Shown here one piece after another: positions 18,927 to 27,160 of a stretch of 64,000 nt of DNA. Where the stretch lies: positions 20,800 to 84,799 of IMG/VR virus record IMGVR_UViG_3300045993_000417, one strand, 5' to 3'. Within the stretch, counting starts at the first letter, position 1. The number at the start of each line of letters is the position of its first letter. Origin of the DNA: a virus. The notes under the pieces were generated by a model, which did not search any database, had not been told where the DNA came from, and was given only the letters and a program-made list of their open reading frames with translations. The translations under genes and the position numbers were made by a program.

Positions 18927-19031
18927 AAAACCTCCTGAGATCAGAGGGGCGGAGAGCCTTTAATTATCTCCGCCCGACATAGGTACTTTCTTCCAGTCTG
19001 GGTTTTTGTCGCTTACCCGAAAGCGGTTGAT
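18927..19031 (-). ncRNA. Structured segment directly 3' of the RT gene (candidate RT-associated ncRNA)
   Basis: GC-rich hairpins GGGCGGAGA/TCTCCGCCC (18947-18975) and CGCTT/AAGCG (19010-19025); no a1/a2 pair identified. Confidence 0.3.
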
Positions 19032-20150
19032 TCACGCAATCTGTACTTGCTGAGTTCCAACATTGTTAACGTCTTGAGAAACAAATTCTTCTACTCTTAC
19101 GTCTTGACTATTGCGCACATTCGTTGTTCTACGCCCATAGATTTCTTTAAAACGACTCATAAAATGAGATCCAGCTTGTGGGTTAAGCTGGTTGAACCAG
19201 TTCAATCGCCCGTTCATGACACTTATGAATTCATCTTCGGTAATTTGATTTTTAGAAGCTTCCACTTCTATACCGTTAACTTCACAGTTGTGTATGATTG
19301 CTCTGAGTGTATTACGTTCAGTTTTTTGCAGATTGACCTTACTGTTCACAACGGCTCCACAGACATACTGCCGTTGATAATATTTCATTACTTTGGTCTT
19401 ATCCTGGTTAACCCTAAACCCGAATCTTTCCACAGTCTCTCTCAAGTATGAGATAAGAGAATGCACCGTATCACTTCCCGTGTTATCAACTAAGTTATCA
19501 GAAGATATAGTAATGTCATCAGCATAGATGGTTAATGTATAACCACGCTCATCACAGTAGTCCTTGATTAAAGGACCGAAAGTGTATGTTGTAATGATGT
19601 TACTCAACTTAGGGCTCGTTAATGCCCCCTGTGGTACGAATGATTTGTACGTACACAGTTCTGATAATAGTCGTGCTGGCTTTTCGCCAAACCCGATATG
19701 CTTAAATATCTGGTCCAAGTGATACTGTTTGATACTTTGGAAATAGTCCTTTAAGTCAACGGAGACTATAACCTTCTTACCTACATGCTTCTGAGCCATC
19801 GTCGGGATGTTCTTACCTTTCTCAAATGCATACACGTAATCAGGAACCTGTATCTGTTCCAGAATCTCTTTAAGGATTCTGAATTGTACTAGCCGCATCG
19901 GCTGGTCGGGGTTGTACAGCGTCCGAAACTTCCCAGATGCCCCCTTCTTCCTTATGGATAGAATGGAGTAGTGATTCAACTTGTTCATTCCAACATAAGT
20001 CAGCCTGTTGGCAAACTTCATTTTCAACTTCGCTGCTAGTTGTTTGTTGGTCTGGATTGTGAATAGTGGGCTTGCCACTGGAAATAAGGACAACTGAGGA
20101 TACACTGGATTTTGTGCACTCAGCTGTTGTTGTGATTGATTTAATTCCAT
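19032..20150 (-). CDS. Retron-type reverse transcriptase
   Basis: IRKK..GKFRTLYNP, YAFEKGKN..MAQKH (region X-like), VDLKDYFQSI, VPQGALTSPKLSN, IYADDITIS, GFRVNQDKT, YVCGAVVN (region Y VTG-like). Confidence 0.92.
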   Translation of the reverse strand: MELNQSQQQLSAQNPVYPQLSLFPVASPLFTIQTNKQLAAKLKMKFANRLTYVGMNKLNHYSILSIRKKGASGKFRTLYNPDQPMRLVQFRILKEILEQIQVPDYVYAFEKGKNIPTMAQKHVGKKVIVSVDLKDYFQSIKQYHLDQIFKHIGFGEKPARLLSELCTYKSFVPQGALTSPKLSNIITTYTFGPLIKDYCDERGYTLTIYADDITISSDNLVDNTGSDTVHSLISYLRETVERFGFRVNQDKTKVMKYYQRQYVCGAVVNSKVNLQKTERNTLRAIIHNCEVNGIEVEASKNQITEDEFISVMNGRLNWFNQLNPQAGSHFMSRFKEIYGRRTTNVRNSQDVRVEEFVSQDVNNVGTQQVQIA

Positions 20151-20445
20151 TTTGTACCTTCTCCAATTCTCTAGATTTACGGATAACGCCCCTCATTAAA
20201 TCTGGGAGAGTTACCTTATAACATTTTTTTTCGATTACCACGATACCTTCTCGTAGTACTGGCGGGTGCTTATCAAACCTCATTATCAAGTCACCATCCT
20301 TATAGGGGAGTAAAGTGACTCTGAAGTAGTTATACAAGTCACCCTGCTTCACGATGAAATAGTTATTTTTTCTAGTCATGGTTTCGGATACCGACGTAGG
20401 AGCTTTTATCTTTGCAACGAAGTCATCAGTTATTACTAAGGACAC
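19870..20445 (-). CDS. Hypothetical protein upstream of RT; its 3' 281 nt overlap the RT gene in another frame
   Basis: GGGAGG RBS before GTG; the first ~98 aa look like a folded beta-rich domain. Confidence 0.6.
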   Translation of the reverse strand: MSLVITDDFVAKIKAPTSVSETMTRKNNYFIVKQGDLYNYFRVTLLPYKDGDLIMRFDKHPPVLREGIVVIEKKCYKVTLPDLMRGVIRKSRELEKVQNGIKSITTTAECTKSSVSSVVLISSGKPTIHNPDQQTTSSEVENEVCQQADLCWNEQVESLLHSIHKEEGGIWEVSDAVQPRPADAASTIQNP

Positions 20446-20474
20446 AACACCTCCCTGGTTAGTTACTAACCAAA

Positions 20475-20789
20475 TTAGCCTGGGGTAGGTTCCATGTCAG
20501 GAGCCCACGAGAACATCTTACCCTCAAACATGGTTAAATCCACTTCTGGATAAGAATACGTACTAAACACTTTACGTGATTCAGTAGAAGCATTAGCCAC
20601 TTCAACCTCTTCAACTTGCTCAGCTTGAGCAGTGTTTGATACAGTGTTTGATACAGTGTTTGTTTCTGCCACTTTGTTAAGCACCTCTGCATAAGCCTTC
20701 TTGCATTCGATGACTATAACAACTACCGCTTTAACGAGTTGGACTAATGCTGAAAGCACGCCAACCGCTTTTACTAGGAATGGAATCAT
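20475..20789 (-). CDS. Hypothetical protein with hydrophobic N-terminus (first gene of RT operon)
   Basis: N-terminal ~28 aa hydrophobic; AAGG RBS; contains a 12-bp tandem repeat CAGTGTTTGATA x~2.7 (20630-20662). Confidence 0.65.
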   Translation of the reverse strand: MIPFLVKAVGVLSALVQLVKAVVVIVIECKKAYAEVLNKVAETNTVSNTVSNTAQAEQVEEVEVANASTESRKVFSTYSYPEVDLTMFEGKMFSWAPDMEPTPG

Positions 20790-20868
20790 ATGATTTACCT
20801 TTTATAGAATGTGTATATTTTTAAAGGCTTCTATAAAGGAAGATGAAGTACTCACGTTACCTAAATTA

Positions 20869-20897
20869 GTTATACCAAAAAAAGAGGGAAAATTTAA
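20869..20897 (-). promoter_or_regulatory. Minus-strand promoter of the RT operon (TTAAAT-N17-TATAAC, TGG extension)
   Basis: GTTATACCA at 20869-20877 and TTTAA at 20893-20897. Confidence 0.65.
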
Positions 20898-20909
20898 CTT
20901 TTTCAGCAT

Positions 20910-21445
20910 TCCGCACTTTCTACGCACTTCCTTCCGCACTTTTTATTTAAGCTTTTTCTTTATAATCAAACACTTAACCTTTTCTTCCGCACTTTATTTG
21001 GAATCTCCGCACTTTTTATTTAAGGTTAAGTATTTGATTTGATTAAAGAAAAGACCCTTTTTCCGCACTTCCGCACTTTTTTGGAGAAAAATACATAACA
21101 ATAGTATTTTATTAAATAATAAAAAATATGGGTTAAAACCTTGTAAATGCCTATATTTATATATCTGGTTTTTTAAAAAGTAGGTATATATAAGGGATAT
21201 GTTTAAAACACCCACACCTTTTATTGATTTTCTAGGGTTTTTAAATAATACTATTGTTATATGTTTTTCTCCAAAAAAGTGCGGAAGTGCGGAAAAAGGC
21301 TCTTTTCCTGTTTGTATTCAAATACTTAAGTAAAAATAAAAAGTGCGGAGAATTCAAATAAAGTGCGGAAGAAAAGGTTAAGTGTTTGATTATAAAGAAA
21401 AAGCTTAAATAAAAAGTGCGGAAGGAAGTGCGTAGAAAGTGCGGA
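20910..21445. repeat. Long inverted repeat (199-bp arms at 20910-21108 and 21247-21445) with CCGCACTT iterons around a 138-bp AT-rich core; origin-like
   Basis: Outer 91 bp (20910-21000 vs 21355-21445) are a perfect reverse complement and the arms are gap-free colinear. Each arm has 6 CCGCACTT plus 1 ACGCACTT. Confidence 0.95.
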
Positions 21446-21614
21446 GAATATTTATATGGCAAGTGCCTTGCGTGGGGATCTAGAGTAATACGTGTAAGTG
21501 TTCTTTAAAATGATCCTAACCACGTTTAAAACGTTTTTGAGGCCTTGGCCACATCCTTATCTCACTTTATAAAATGAGAGGCTTAAAACGCGTTTAAATC
21601 AGTCTTGAACATGG

Positions 21615-21643
21615 TTGAGTTTTTATATGGGAGATGGTATGAT
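21615..21643 (+). promoter_or_regulatory. sigma70-like promoter TTGAGT-N17-TATGAT (extended -10), leaderless geometry
   Basis: TATGAT ends 6 nt before ATG 21650. Confidence 0.65.
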
Positions 21644-21649
21644 TCGTGA

Positions 21650-22216
21650 ATGTCAATATTATCCGAAATACCTCTCGAAGAGCTTGAAGCTATTATCGAG
21701 GAGAATCCTAAGCTACGTGGTATTATCCAAGGATATATCGCTGAGTATAAACTTATAGATAAGCTTCGTCTGACTCAGGGAGTAACTGAGGTCAGTAAGA
21801 TACCAGATCATCAAGGGGTAAAAAAAGACATACAAATTAAGTACTTAGATACAGACATAACTATAGAATGTAAATCTATACTATCGGCTACGGTTAAAGT
21901 AGATACCATACATGGGACTTGGCAAGGGACTGTTCAGTGTAAGAACTCTGACTCAATCCATGCCGTAGTAAATGGTGAAGCCATTAAACATACTAACTTG
22001 ACTAGGGGTGGATTTGATATAATGTCTATATCAACTTACGCCGTGGATGGTTTATGGAATGCAGTATACATAGAGAATAGGTACATGCCTCAGGCAACCC
22101 CCGATAGGTTTGATCTCATGAAGACGAGCTTCATAGTCAATCCCTTACTCACACCTTGTGTAGAAACAGATTTAGAGAAGATACTTAAATCCACTCGGGA
22201 CCTTAAGTTAAAATAG
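21650..22216 (+). CDS. PD-(D/E)xK restriction-endonuclease-like protein
   Basis: GYIAEYKL helix, then PD..KKDIQIKY..ITIECKS (D..ExK) and GGFDIM; no methyltransferase nearby. Confidence 0.7.
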   Translation: MSILSEIPLEELEAIIEENPKLRGIIQGYIAEYKLIDKLRLTQGVTEVSKIPDHQGVKKDIQIKYLDTDITIECKSILSATVKVDTIHGTWQGTVQCKNSDSIHAVVNGEAIKHTNLTRGGFDIMSISTYAVDGLWNAVYIENRYMPQATPDRFDLMKTSFIVNPLLTPCVETDLEKILKSTRDLKLK

Positions 22217-22220
22217 GCCT

Positions 22221-22997
22221 ATGAAAGACGAACTAGTTATCCAAAGCCTTGTTGAGCTATATAAAGAACGTGGAATAGACTTACATCTATTGCTAGATGA
22301 TCCTATGTTTACTCACCTACCACTGGAGAGTAAGGTTAACTCTATTAAGCAGTATGCATCCCACATCGCTTCCCCTACTTCCCGCACTTTAACTCGAGCT
22401 GACGTTAAGAGCGTTTTGACTAATTCCCTTGCTGGTGCAGGGTTGGCCGGAGGGTCTGTGCTTATGCGTAGATACCTGACTAATAAAGCTAACGGAGTAG
22501 ACTTACCTATCTCAATTAGAGGTATGGCTATAGCTGCTGGGTTGGGCGCTGCTGGTGGAGCCATAAAGACTATATTTGATAGGTCTAAATCCATTGCGCA
22601 GAGAAATGATATGAATAAAGCCTTTAATGGCTTGGTTCAGTCTGGAGAAGATAAGGATGCTATTAAGATTATGGCACTTCGTAATCTTCAGAACGTTAAG
22701 AGTGGACCTCCTGGCATAGTAGGGGCATTCCTAGGTAATACAGTTGATAGCGTACTACCTATGGCTATTGATAGGGGTAATGCTTACAACAACGCATACG
22801 TAGCTATGAATACCGCTAATGAATACGGGGCTGCTAGTGATCGCTGGGAAGCTAGCCAAACTGTTGAAGAGATGAAAGCCAGACGTACGGCAATGGATGA
22901 AGCAGACCGTAGGAGTCAACTAGCTATTGCTGTTAGTGGACAAGATCACAACCGCTTCCTGGGTAAAATACAAGAAAACTTTAAAGGACTACTATAA
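22221..22997 (+). CDS. Hypothetical virion protein with Gly/Ala-rich hydrophobic segments
   Basis: LAGAGLAGGSVL and MAIAAGLGAAGGAI. Confidence 0.55.
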   Translation: MKDELVIQSLVELYKERGIDLHLLLDDPMFTHLPLESKVNSIKQYASHIASPTSRTLTRADVKSVLTNSLAGAGLAGGSVLMRRYLTNKANGVDLPISIRGMAIAAGLGAAGGAIKTIFDRSKSIAQRNDMNKAFNGLVQSGEDKDAIKIMALRNLQNVKSGPPGIVGAFLGNTVDSVLPMAIDRGNAYNNAYVAMNTANEYGAASDRWEASQTVEEMKARRTAMDEADRRSQLAIAVSGQDHNRFLGKIQENFKGLL

Positions 22998-23884
22998 TGA
23001 CGATGTTGGCTTACTACATAAAACCCGTTCTAGAACTGGTTCCAGAAATTTCCCCTATGATCAAGTCTGCTTCTGTAGACAAAGAATATCCTACTGACAA
23101 TAAGTCGTCAGTACTAGCCTCCGCAATGGCTATAGAGTACATGATTAAGATTGCCCGTAAAACACCAGACTACACTGAGATGGAAAAGGTTGCTAAGGCT
23201 GTTGATGCATATAGTCTCAAGACTCAGATCGGTTCTCTAAGTGAAGTCATGATTAAACGTGCTAGTAGGGTTGCTGAAGAATCTGAGAAGAATTCTACAG
23301 AATCATACATGCTTAAAGAAGCATCCTTCAAAGGATCCATCTCAGGATTTTCAGATATAGCAACTACTGCTGCTACGGCTAAAGGCCTTTACAAACAGGC
23401 TTCTGAAAAAGGTGTTACCCCTTCTATTGAAATCTCCATGTATGCAGGTAAGCTTCCTTTGGATAAAACTGCTGCCCTTAAGTCCTTATCTGTTAGACAC
23501 TCTCTAACTAAAGAGGCTGAGTACATTAAACTGGCTAAGGCTCTGGGTTCAGCATCAGAGGTTAGTGAAGCCACTGCCTCATTTCTGGCTGAGATAGTTA
23601 CCGGCTTGGATAAGAAGGCTGGTCTTACTTTCAAAGGTTTCAATTTCTATCGTGAGGCTTTCCATACTAAGGAGGCTGCAGCCAGTGTTCTGAACATTAA
23701 GCTGGCTGGACAAGACGTACCATACGAAAAGTTGGCACGTGTTGGAAAGGCTAACATTGCTTCCTATATCGGTAAAGACGTAGCTGCTGAGTTTGATCGT
23801 GGCCCTGCCAACTTCAAACAAGTAGCAGAAACTTTACCCTTGGACTTACAGAAAGTCCTTATCTCTTTGACTAAGAACGTTTAA
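22997..23884 (+). CDS. KxA-rich putative head core protein
   Basis: About 11 KxA motifs, as in the scaffold proteins. Confidence 0.5.
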   Translation: MTMLAYYIKPVLELVPEISPMIKSASVDKEYPTDNKSSVLASAMAIEYMIKIARKTPDYTEMEKVAKAVDAYSLKTQIGSLSEVMIKRASRVAEESEKNSTESYMLKEASFKGSISGFSDIATTAATAKGLYKQASEKGVTPSIEISMYAGKLPLDKTAALKSLSVRHSLTKEAEYIKLAKALGSASEVSEATASFLAEIVTGLDKKAGLTFKGFNFYREAFHTKEAAASVLNIKLAGQDVPYEKLARVGKANIASYIGKDVAAEFDRGPANFKQVAETLPLDLQKVLISLTKNV

Positions 23885-23886
23885 TA

Positions 23887-24417
23887 ATGTCGAACGGAGA
23901 TACTCCAGGATTTCGTGGCATCTACACTTTGAAGTGTAAGATGGATTCCGTCTTAGGTAAAGACGCCTGGATTGATTATGAGGTAGAGACTATATTGAGT
24001 GAGTTAACCTTACCTTTCTATTCTCAATCTCTAGAAGACAAGGTTTATTTACTAAAGACATTAGGTGCTGCTCCTGAATTATTCCATGAGGATTTCTGGT
24101 TCACCATGATAGCTACCGACGTTATAAATGGTAATATGGCTGACTTCAGTCAAGTGCCACATATAACCTCATTAGAGTTGGCATACGCTATAACTCAGAT
24201 ACAGCTGTCATTAAGTACTTCAGACGTAGTATCTAAATACAACGACGGATTCATTGAAGGGGTGGCTTACATACTTCGTAATGAAGGTTACTCTGAACCA
24301 GTAGCGCCTTTTGGTTTTGTTCCTAAAGACATGCTTTACCCAGGCCAAACTAAAGAGGATTCTGAAGACAAGGCTAAGGCTATACAACTTTACATCAAAG
24401 GTATGAGCAATGATTAA
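23887..24417 (+). CDS. Hypothetical protein
   Basis: 176 aa, translationally coupled. Confidence 0.65.
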   Translation: MSNGDTPGFRGIYTLKCKMDSVLGKDAWIDYEVETILSELTLPFYSQSLEDKVYLLKTLGAAPELFHEDFWFTMIATDVINGNMADFSQVPHITSLELAYAITQIQLSLSTSDVVSKYNDGFIEGVAYILRNEGYSEPVAPFGFVPKDMLYPGQTKEDSEDKAKAIQLYIKGMSND

Positions 24418-24850
24418 CATTACTACTTTCGTAGGACAAGCTGCTGGTATTCCAATATTAGCTACTACCGGTCTAACTACTTTTCCATCCCTACAGCTAC
24501 TAACTGACTACAATACGTTGACTGCTAACACCGTCAAGTCCCTAGGCACTACAGGGCTGACTACTCCAGTGGAGATCTCAGTAGGAGCCGGGGTTTACAA
24601 TACTACCTTCACTGCACCAACTACAGGCAACTACTACGTAGTGTACGGCGGAGTCGTTATCGCCCATGTACAGGTGGAGGCTTACGATAAGTTCGCTCTT
24701 CTTAAGAATATTGAGGATGAGGCTTTAGGTAGCTGGTCTTGGAATAAGCTTACCGGTGTACTAACCGTCCTTAGACAGAACGCAACTACCCTAGCTACAT
24801 ACAACGTTGTTGATACGGTGACGGCTTCTAGTAGAGAACGTACGGCTTAG
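24410..24850 (+). CDS. Hypothetical (virion, beta-rich) protein
   Basis: 146 aa, Thr-rich, Ig-like composition. Confidence 0.55.
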   Translation: MINITTFVGQAAGIPILATTGLTTFPSLQLLTDYNTLTANTVKSLGTTGLTTPVEISVGAGVYNTTFTAPTTGNYYVVYGGVVIAHVQVEAYDKFALLKNIEDEALGSWSWNKLTGVLTVLRQNATTLATYNVVDTVTASSRERTA

Positions 24851-24869
24851 ACTTAAGTCTGATTGAGCT

Positions 24870-24899
24870 AAAAAAGAGCCCTGGAATACGGGCTCTTTT
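24870..24899. terminator. Bidirectional intrinsic terminator
   Basis: AAAAAAGAGCCC-TGGAATAC-GGGCTCTTTT. Confidence 0.85.
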
Positions 24900-24907
24900 C
24901 TTTGGAG

Positions 24908-26245
24908 CTACCAGTCAATAGCTGGCACTGGTTCTACTACATTGTTTTGAAGAGTATGCATCGGTGCTGGTTGTACTTCATCTACTCTTAGTAACGCTGG
25001 TGCTATAGCAGGGCTAAGGTCATTAACCTCAGCCACTAGAACAACACCCTCATTGTTTTGATAATCCCTACTGACAACTTGTAACGGTGGAGCATCTTCG
25101 ACGATCTTTTTAGATCGCTTAGACGGGCTTTTGACCCCTACCACTGCAGTCTCTACGACTTCAGCGGCCACCACTTTGATTTTGTCAGTAATAGGAAGTG
25201 CATCAGCCAATTCCTTAGCCTTAGCTTTCTCAGCAGCGGCCTTAGCCGCTTTCTCAGCCTTAATACGAATCACTTCTTCCTTCTGAACAATACCACTCGC
25301 CATAGTCATAACCAGGTCGGTCTGACTATGATCAAAACCACGCGTGCTATTACCAGTTAACTCCTTAAAGTTATCATGTGCTTTAACCTTCTGGACGCTG
25401 GCTGTTACGGACAGGAAATGAGACATCGTATTGAACGTAGTGGAAGATCCTCCGGCCATGTCCACGAACACCTTATTGAAGTTCATAGGTTTACGGTAGT
25501 AATAGTTCTGAACTACAGCAATTATGTTCGTAGCAACCAGAGCGTTGATAGCCAAGGTTTGATCAAGATCAGCACAACTACCTAGTCCTGGGTTATCCGC
25601 CAAGCTCAGGTAGTGATTAACATCCATTGGGATGAATGTAATGTCGTCTACGTGAGTGATCAGCTTAGGTAACTTTGCTACCAACGAGCTGTCCCACTCA
25701 TTAGGGTGTATGGCTACAGCTGGATTAAAGAAGTTGACTTGTCCAAAGTTGTCCTCATTACCTGAATCAATGATGAACACGTTTTCCTGCTGTTGGCCAT
25801 GACCTATGATTTCAAGGGCATTGGATAGGATCTTTCTCCTAGCTACTACAGAGTCAACACACATGATAATCATGACTGGTTCATTTACCAGGTTAACGTT
25901 CAATTCTCTTTTGAAGAACTGATAGATATCTGCGGGACCTTCAATGGCAGTAATCATTGGGGTAATGGACAGGCCGTACGCTTTGCTATAGCGTTCAGCC
26001 AATACCACAGCCTTATTCTTACTGATGTCCTGACGAATGAAATTCTGGCGAGCCAGGTTCTTTTCTTCAATTATGTCGAAGTCACATAGAACGATGTTAG
26101 GAGTACCTAACCATCCACGTGGGGAATACTCACGAGTGATTGATCTCATGAACTGTGCCAACAGGGGAACTAGCCTTGAGCCAGTTCCACCGCAGCCTAC
26201 TACGATGATGTTATGCGGGATTGATGATGGGATGAAATTAAACAA
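24908..26245 (-). CDS. E1-like ubiquitin-activating enzyme (ThiF family, PRTRC type)
   Basis: IVVGCGGTGS, CDFDIIEEKNLARQNF, NKAVVLAERY, CVDSVVAR, IDSGN..GQV, candidate catalytic GSCA..Q..AIN; AAGGAG RBS before TTG. Confidence 0.92.
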   Translation of the reverse strand: MFNFIPSSIPHNIIVVGCGGTGSRLVPLLAQFMRSITREYSPRGWLGTPNIVLCDFDIIEEKNLARQNFIRQDISKNKAVVLAERYSKAYGLSITPMITAIEGPADIYQFFKRELNVNLVNEPVMIIMCVDSVVARRKILSNALEIIGHGQQQENVFIIDSGNEDNFGQVNFFNPAVAIHPNEWDSSLVAKLPKLITHVDDITFIPMDVNHYLSLADNPGLGSCADLDQTLAINALVATNIIAVVQNYYYRKPMNFNKVFVDMAGGSSTTFNTMSHFLSVTASVQKVKAHDNFKELTGNSTRGFDHSQTDLVMTMASGIVQKEEVIRIKAEKAAKAAAEKAKAKELADALPITDKIKVVAAEVVETAVVGVKSPSKRSKKIVEDAPPLQVVSRDYQNNEGVVLVAEVNDLSPAIAPALLRVDEVQPAPMHTLQNNVVEPVPAIDW

Positions 26246-26293
26246 GTGCCTCTCCTTTTTAATTGATAGGAGGGGCGTTTAACCCCTCCACAT

Positions 26294-27160
26294 TCACATG
26301 CCGTTTTCTGCTACTTTCTGTTGATACTTGAGAGGTAGAGATCCAAACAAGTCCTTAATCATATCTAACTGCTTTTCGTCTTCCATCAACTGGAATAGAT
26401 CACTGATAGCTTCTGACAAGAGCTCATTCTTACCTACTAAAGGGGCCATACAATCGTTAAGCAACGTGAAGGCGTTAGCCACCTCGCTACCGTATTGTAT
26501 AGCCAGGTATGAGTATTGGTCGCTATCTACGTTACCAATGTCACTACCATGGAACCTACCTACAGGATCCCCCTCTTCTACCTCTCCGTAGTTGTTAAAG
26601 CCGTCTACGTTGTCACCCTCTAATTGAGTCCTTGAGTGCCCGTTTGTTTGCTCGTTTATCTCGTTTCGAGAGCCAGCGGGACCCAGAGGGAGCTTCCCCT
26701 GAGCCCCCGATGGAAAACCCGCTGGGAGCCCTCCTTCGTAACCTTCGTACATCTCGTCTGCTGATGAGTTGAGAGCACGATTTGGGAGAGAGCGCAAACC
26801 AGGTCCTGCACGTTCACCAGAAGGTGTATGAGCATTTGGACGAGGACGACCATACTGATACTGCTCAAGATGATCCCACTTACGGCCACCTTGGTGTGTA
26901 CCGTGCTTACCACCGTATGAGCCATAGGTAGTTACATTGACGTTATTCAACCACTCTTCAGGTACGTCTACCACACGGTCTGCTGGTGTGTGGAAGATAT
27001 CTTGGAGTTTCACTTCATACTTCTGTTTGTAGTAGTTGAAGCGGATCTTTACTTCTGGTTCTTTGTCTTTGAGTTTTCCTACAACACCTGAAAAACCGAT
27101 GGCGTTAAGGTCATCTCGATCATCCGTGCCTGAAAAGAAACTCCCCATTGTGTTATGTGA
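26294..27160 (-). CDS. JAB/MPN metallopeptidase (PRTRC protein A-like), exon 2
   Basis: Begins SHNTMGSFFSGTDDRDD, completing HSH..FFS..DD with exon 1; spliced product 442 aa. Confidence 0.88.
   Translation of the reverse strand, partial: SHNTMGSFFSGTDDRDDLNAIGFSGVVGKLKDKEPEVKIRFNYYKQKYEVKLQDIFHTPADRVVDVPEEWLNNVNVTTYGSYGGKHGTHQGGRKWDHLEQYQYGRPRPNAHTPSGERAGPGLRSLPNRALNSSADEMYEGYEGGLPAGFPSGAQGKLPLGPAGSRNEINEQTNGHSRTQLEGDNVDGFNNYGEVEEGDPVGRFHGSDIGNVDSDQYSYLAIQYGSEVANAFTLLNDCMAPLVGKNELLSEAISDLFQLMEDEKQLDMIKDLFGSLPLKYQQKVAENGM

Noticed and set aside
19032-20150. RT as DGR or group II intron maturase
   Set aside because: It has PQGA rather than the DGR-type GxxxSQ. I saw no TR/VR pair, avd gene, maturase/endonuclease domain, domain V hairpin or interrupted host gene. 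A by-eye search for TR/VR is not exhaustive.
20630-20662. 12-bp tandem repeat as a contingency locus or array
   Set aside because: In-frame, under 3 copies, encodes an NTVS linker.
20790-20862. RT-operon 5' UTR as msr-msd
   Set aside because: Only ~70 nt, with a single TTTATAGAA/TTCTATAAA stem next to the RBS; too short and lacking a1/a2.
20910-21445. CRISPR array or transposon TIRs as an explanation for the CCGCACTT repeats
   Set aside because: The repeats are 8 bp, irregularly spaced and mirrored, with no unique spacers, cas genes, transposase or target-site duplication.
20809-21462. ORF-track entries 20809-21042, 20994-21215 and 21241-21462
   Set aside because: They translate the inverted-repeat arms (mirror-identical peptides, F/L/K-biased, no RBS); treated as non-coding.
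26294-27160. QGKLPL in the JAB disordered tail as a second clamp-binding motif
   Set aside because: Only a loose match to QLxLxL; too likely by chance.
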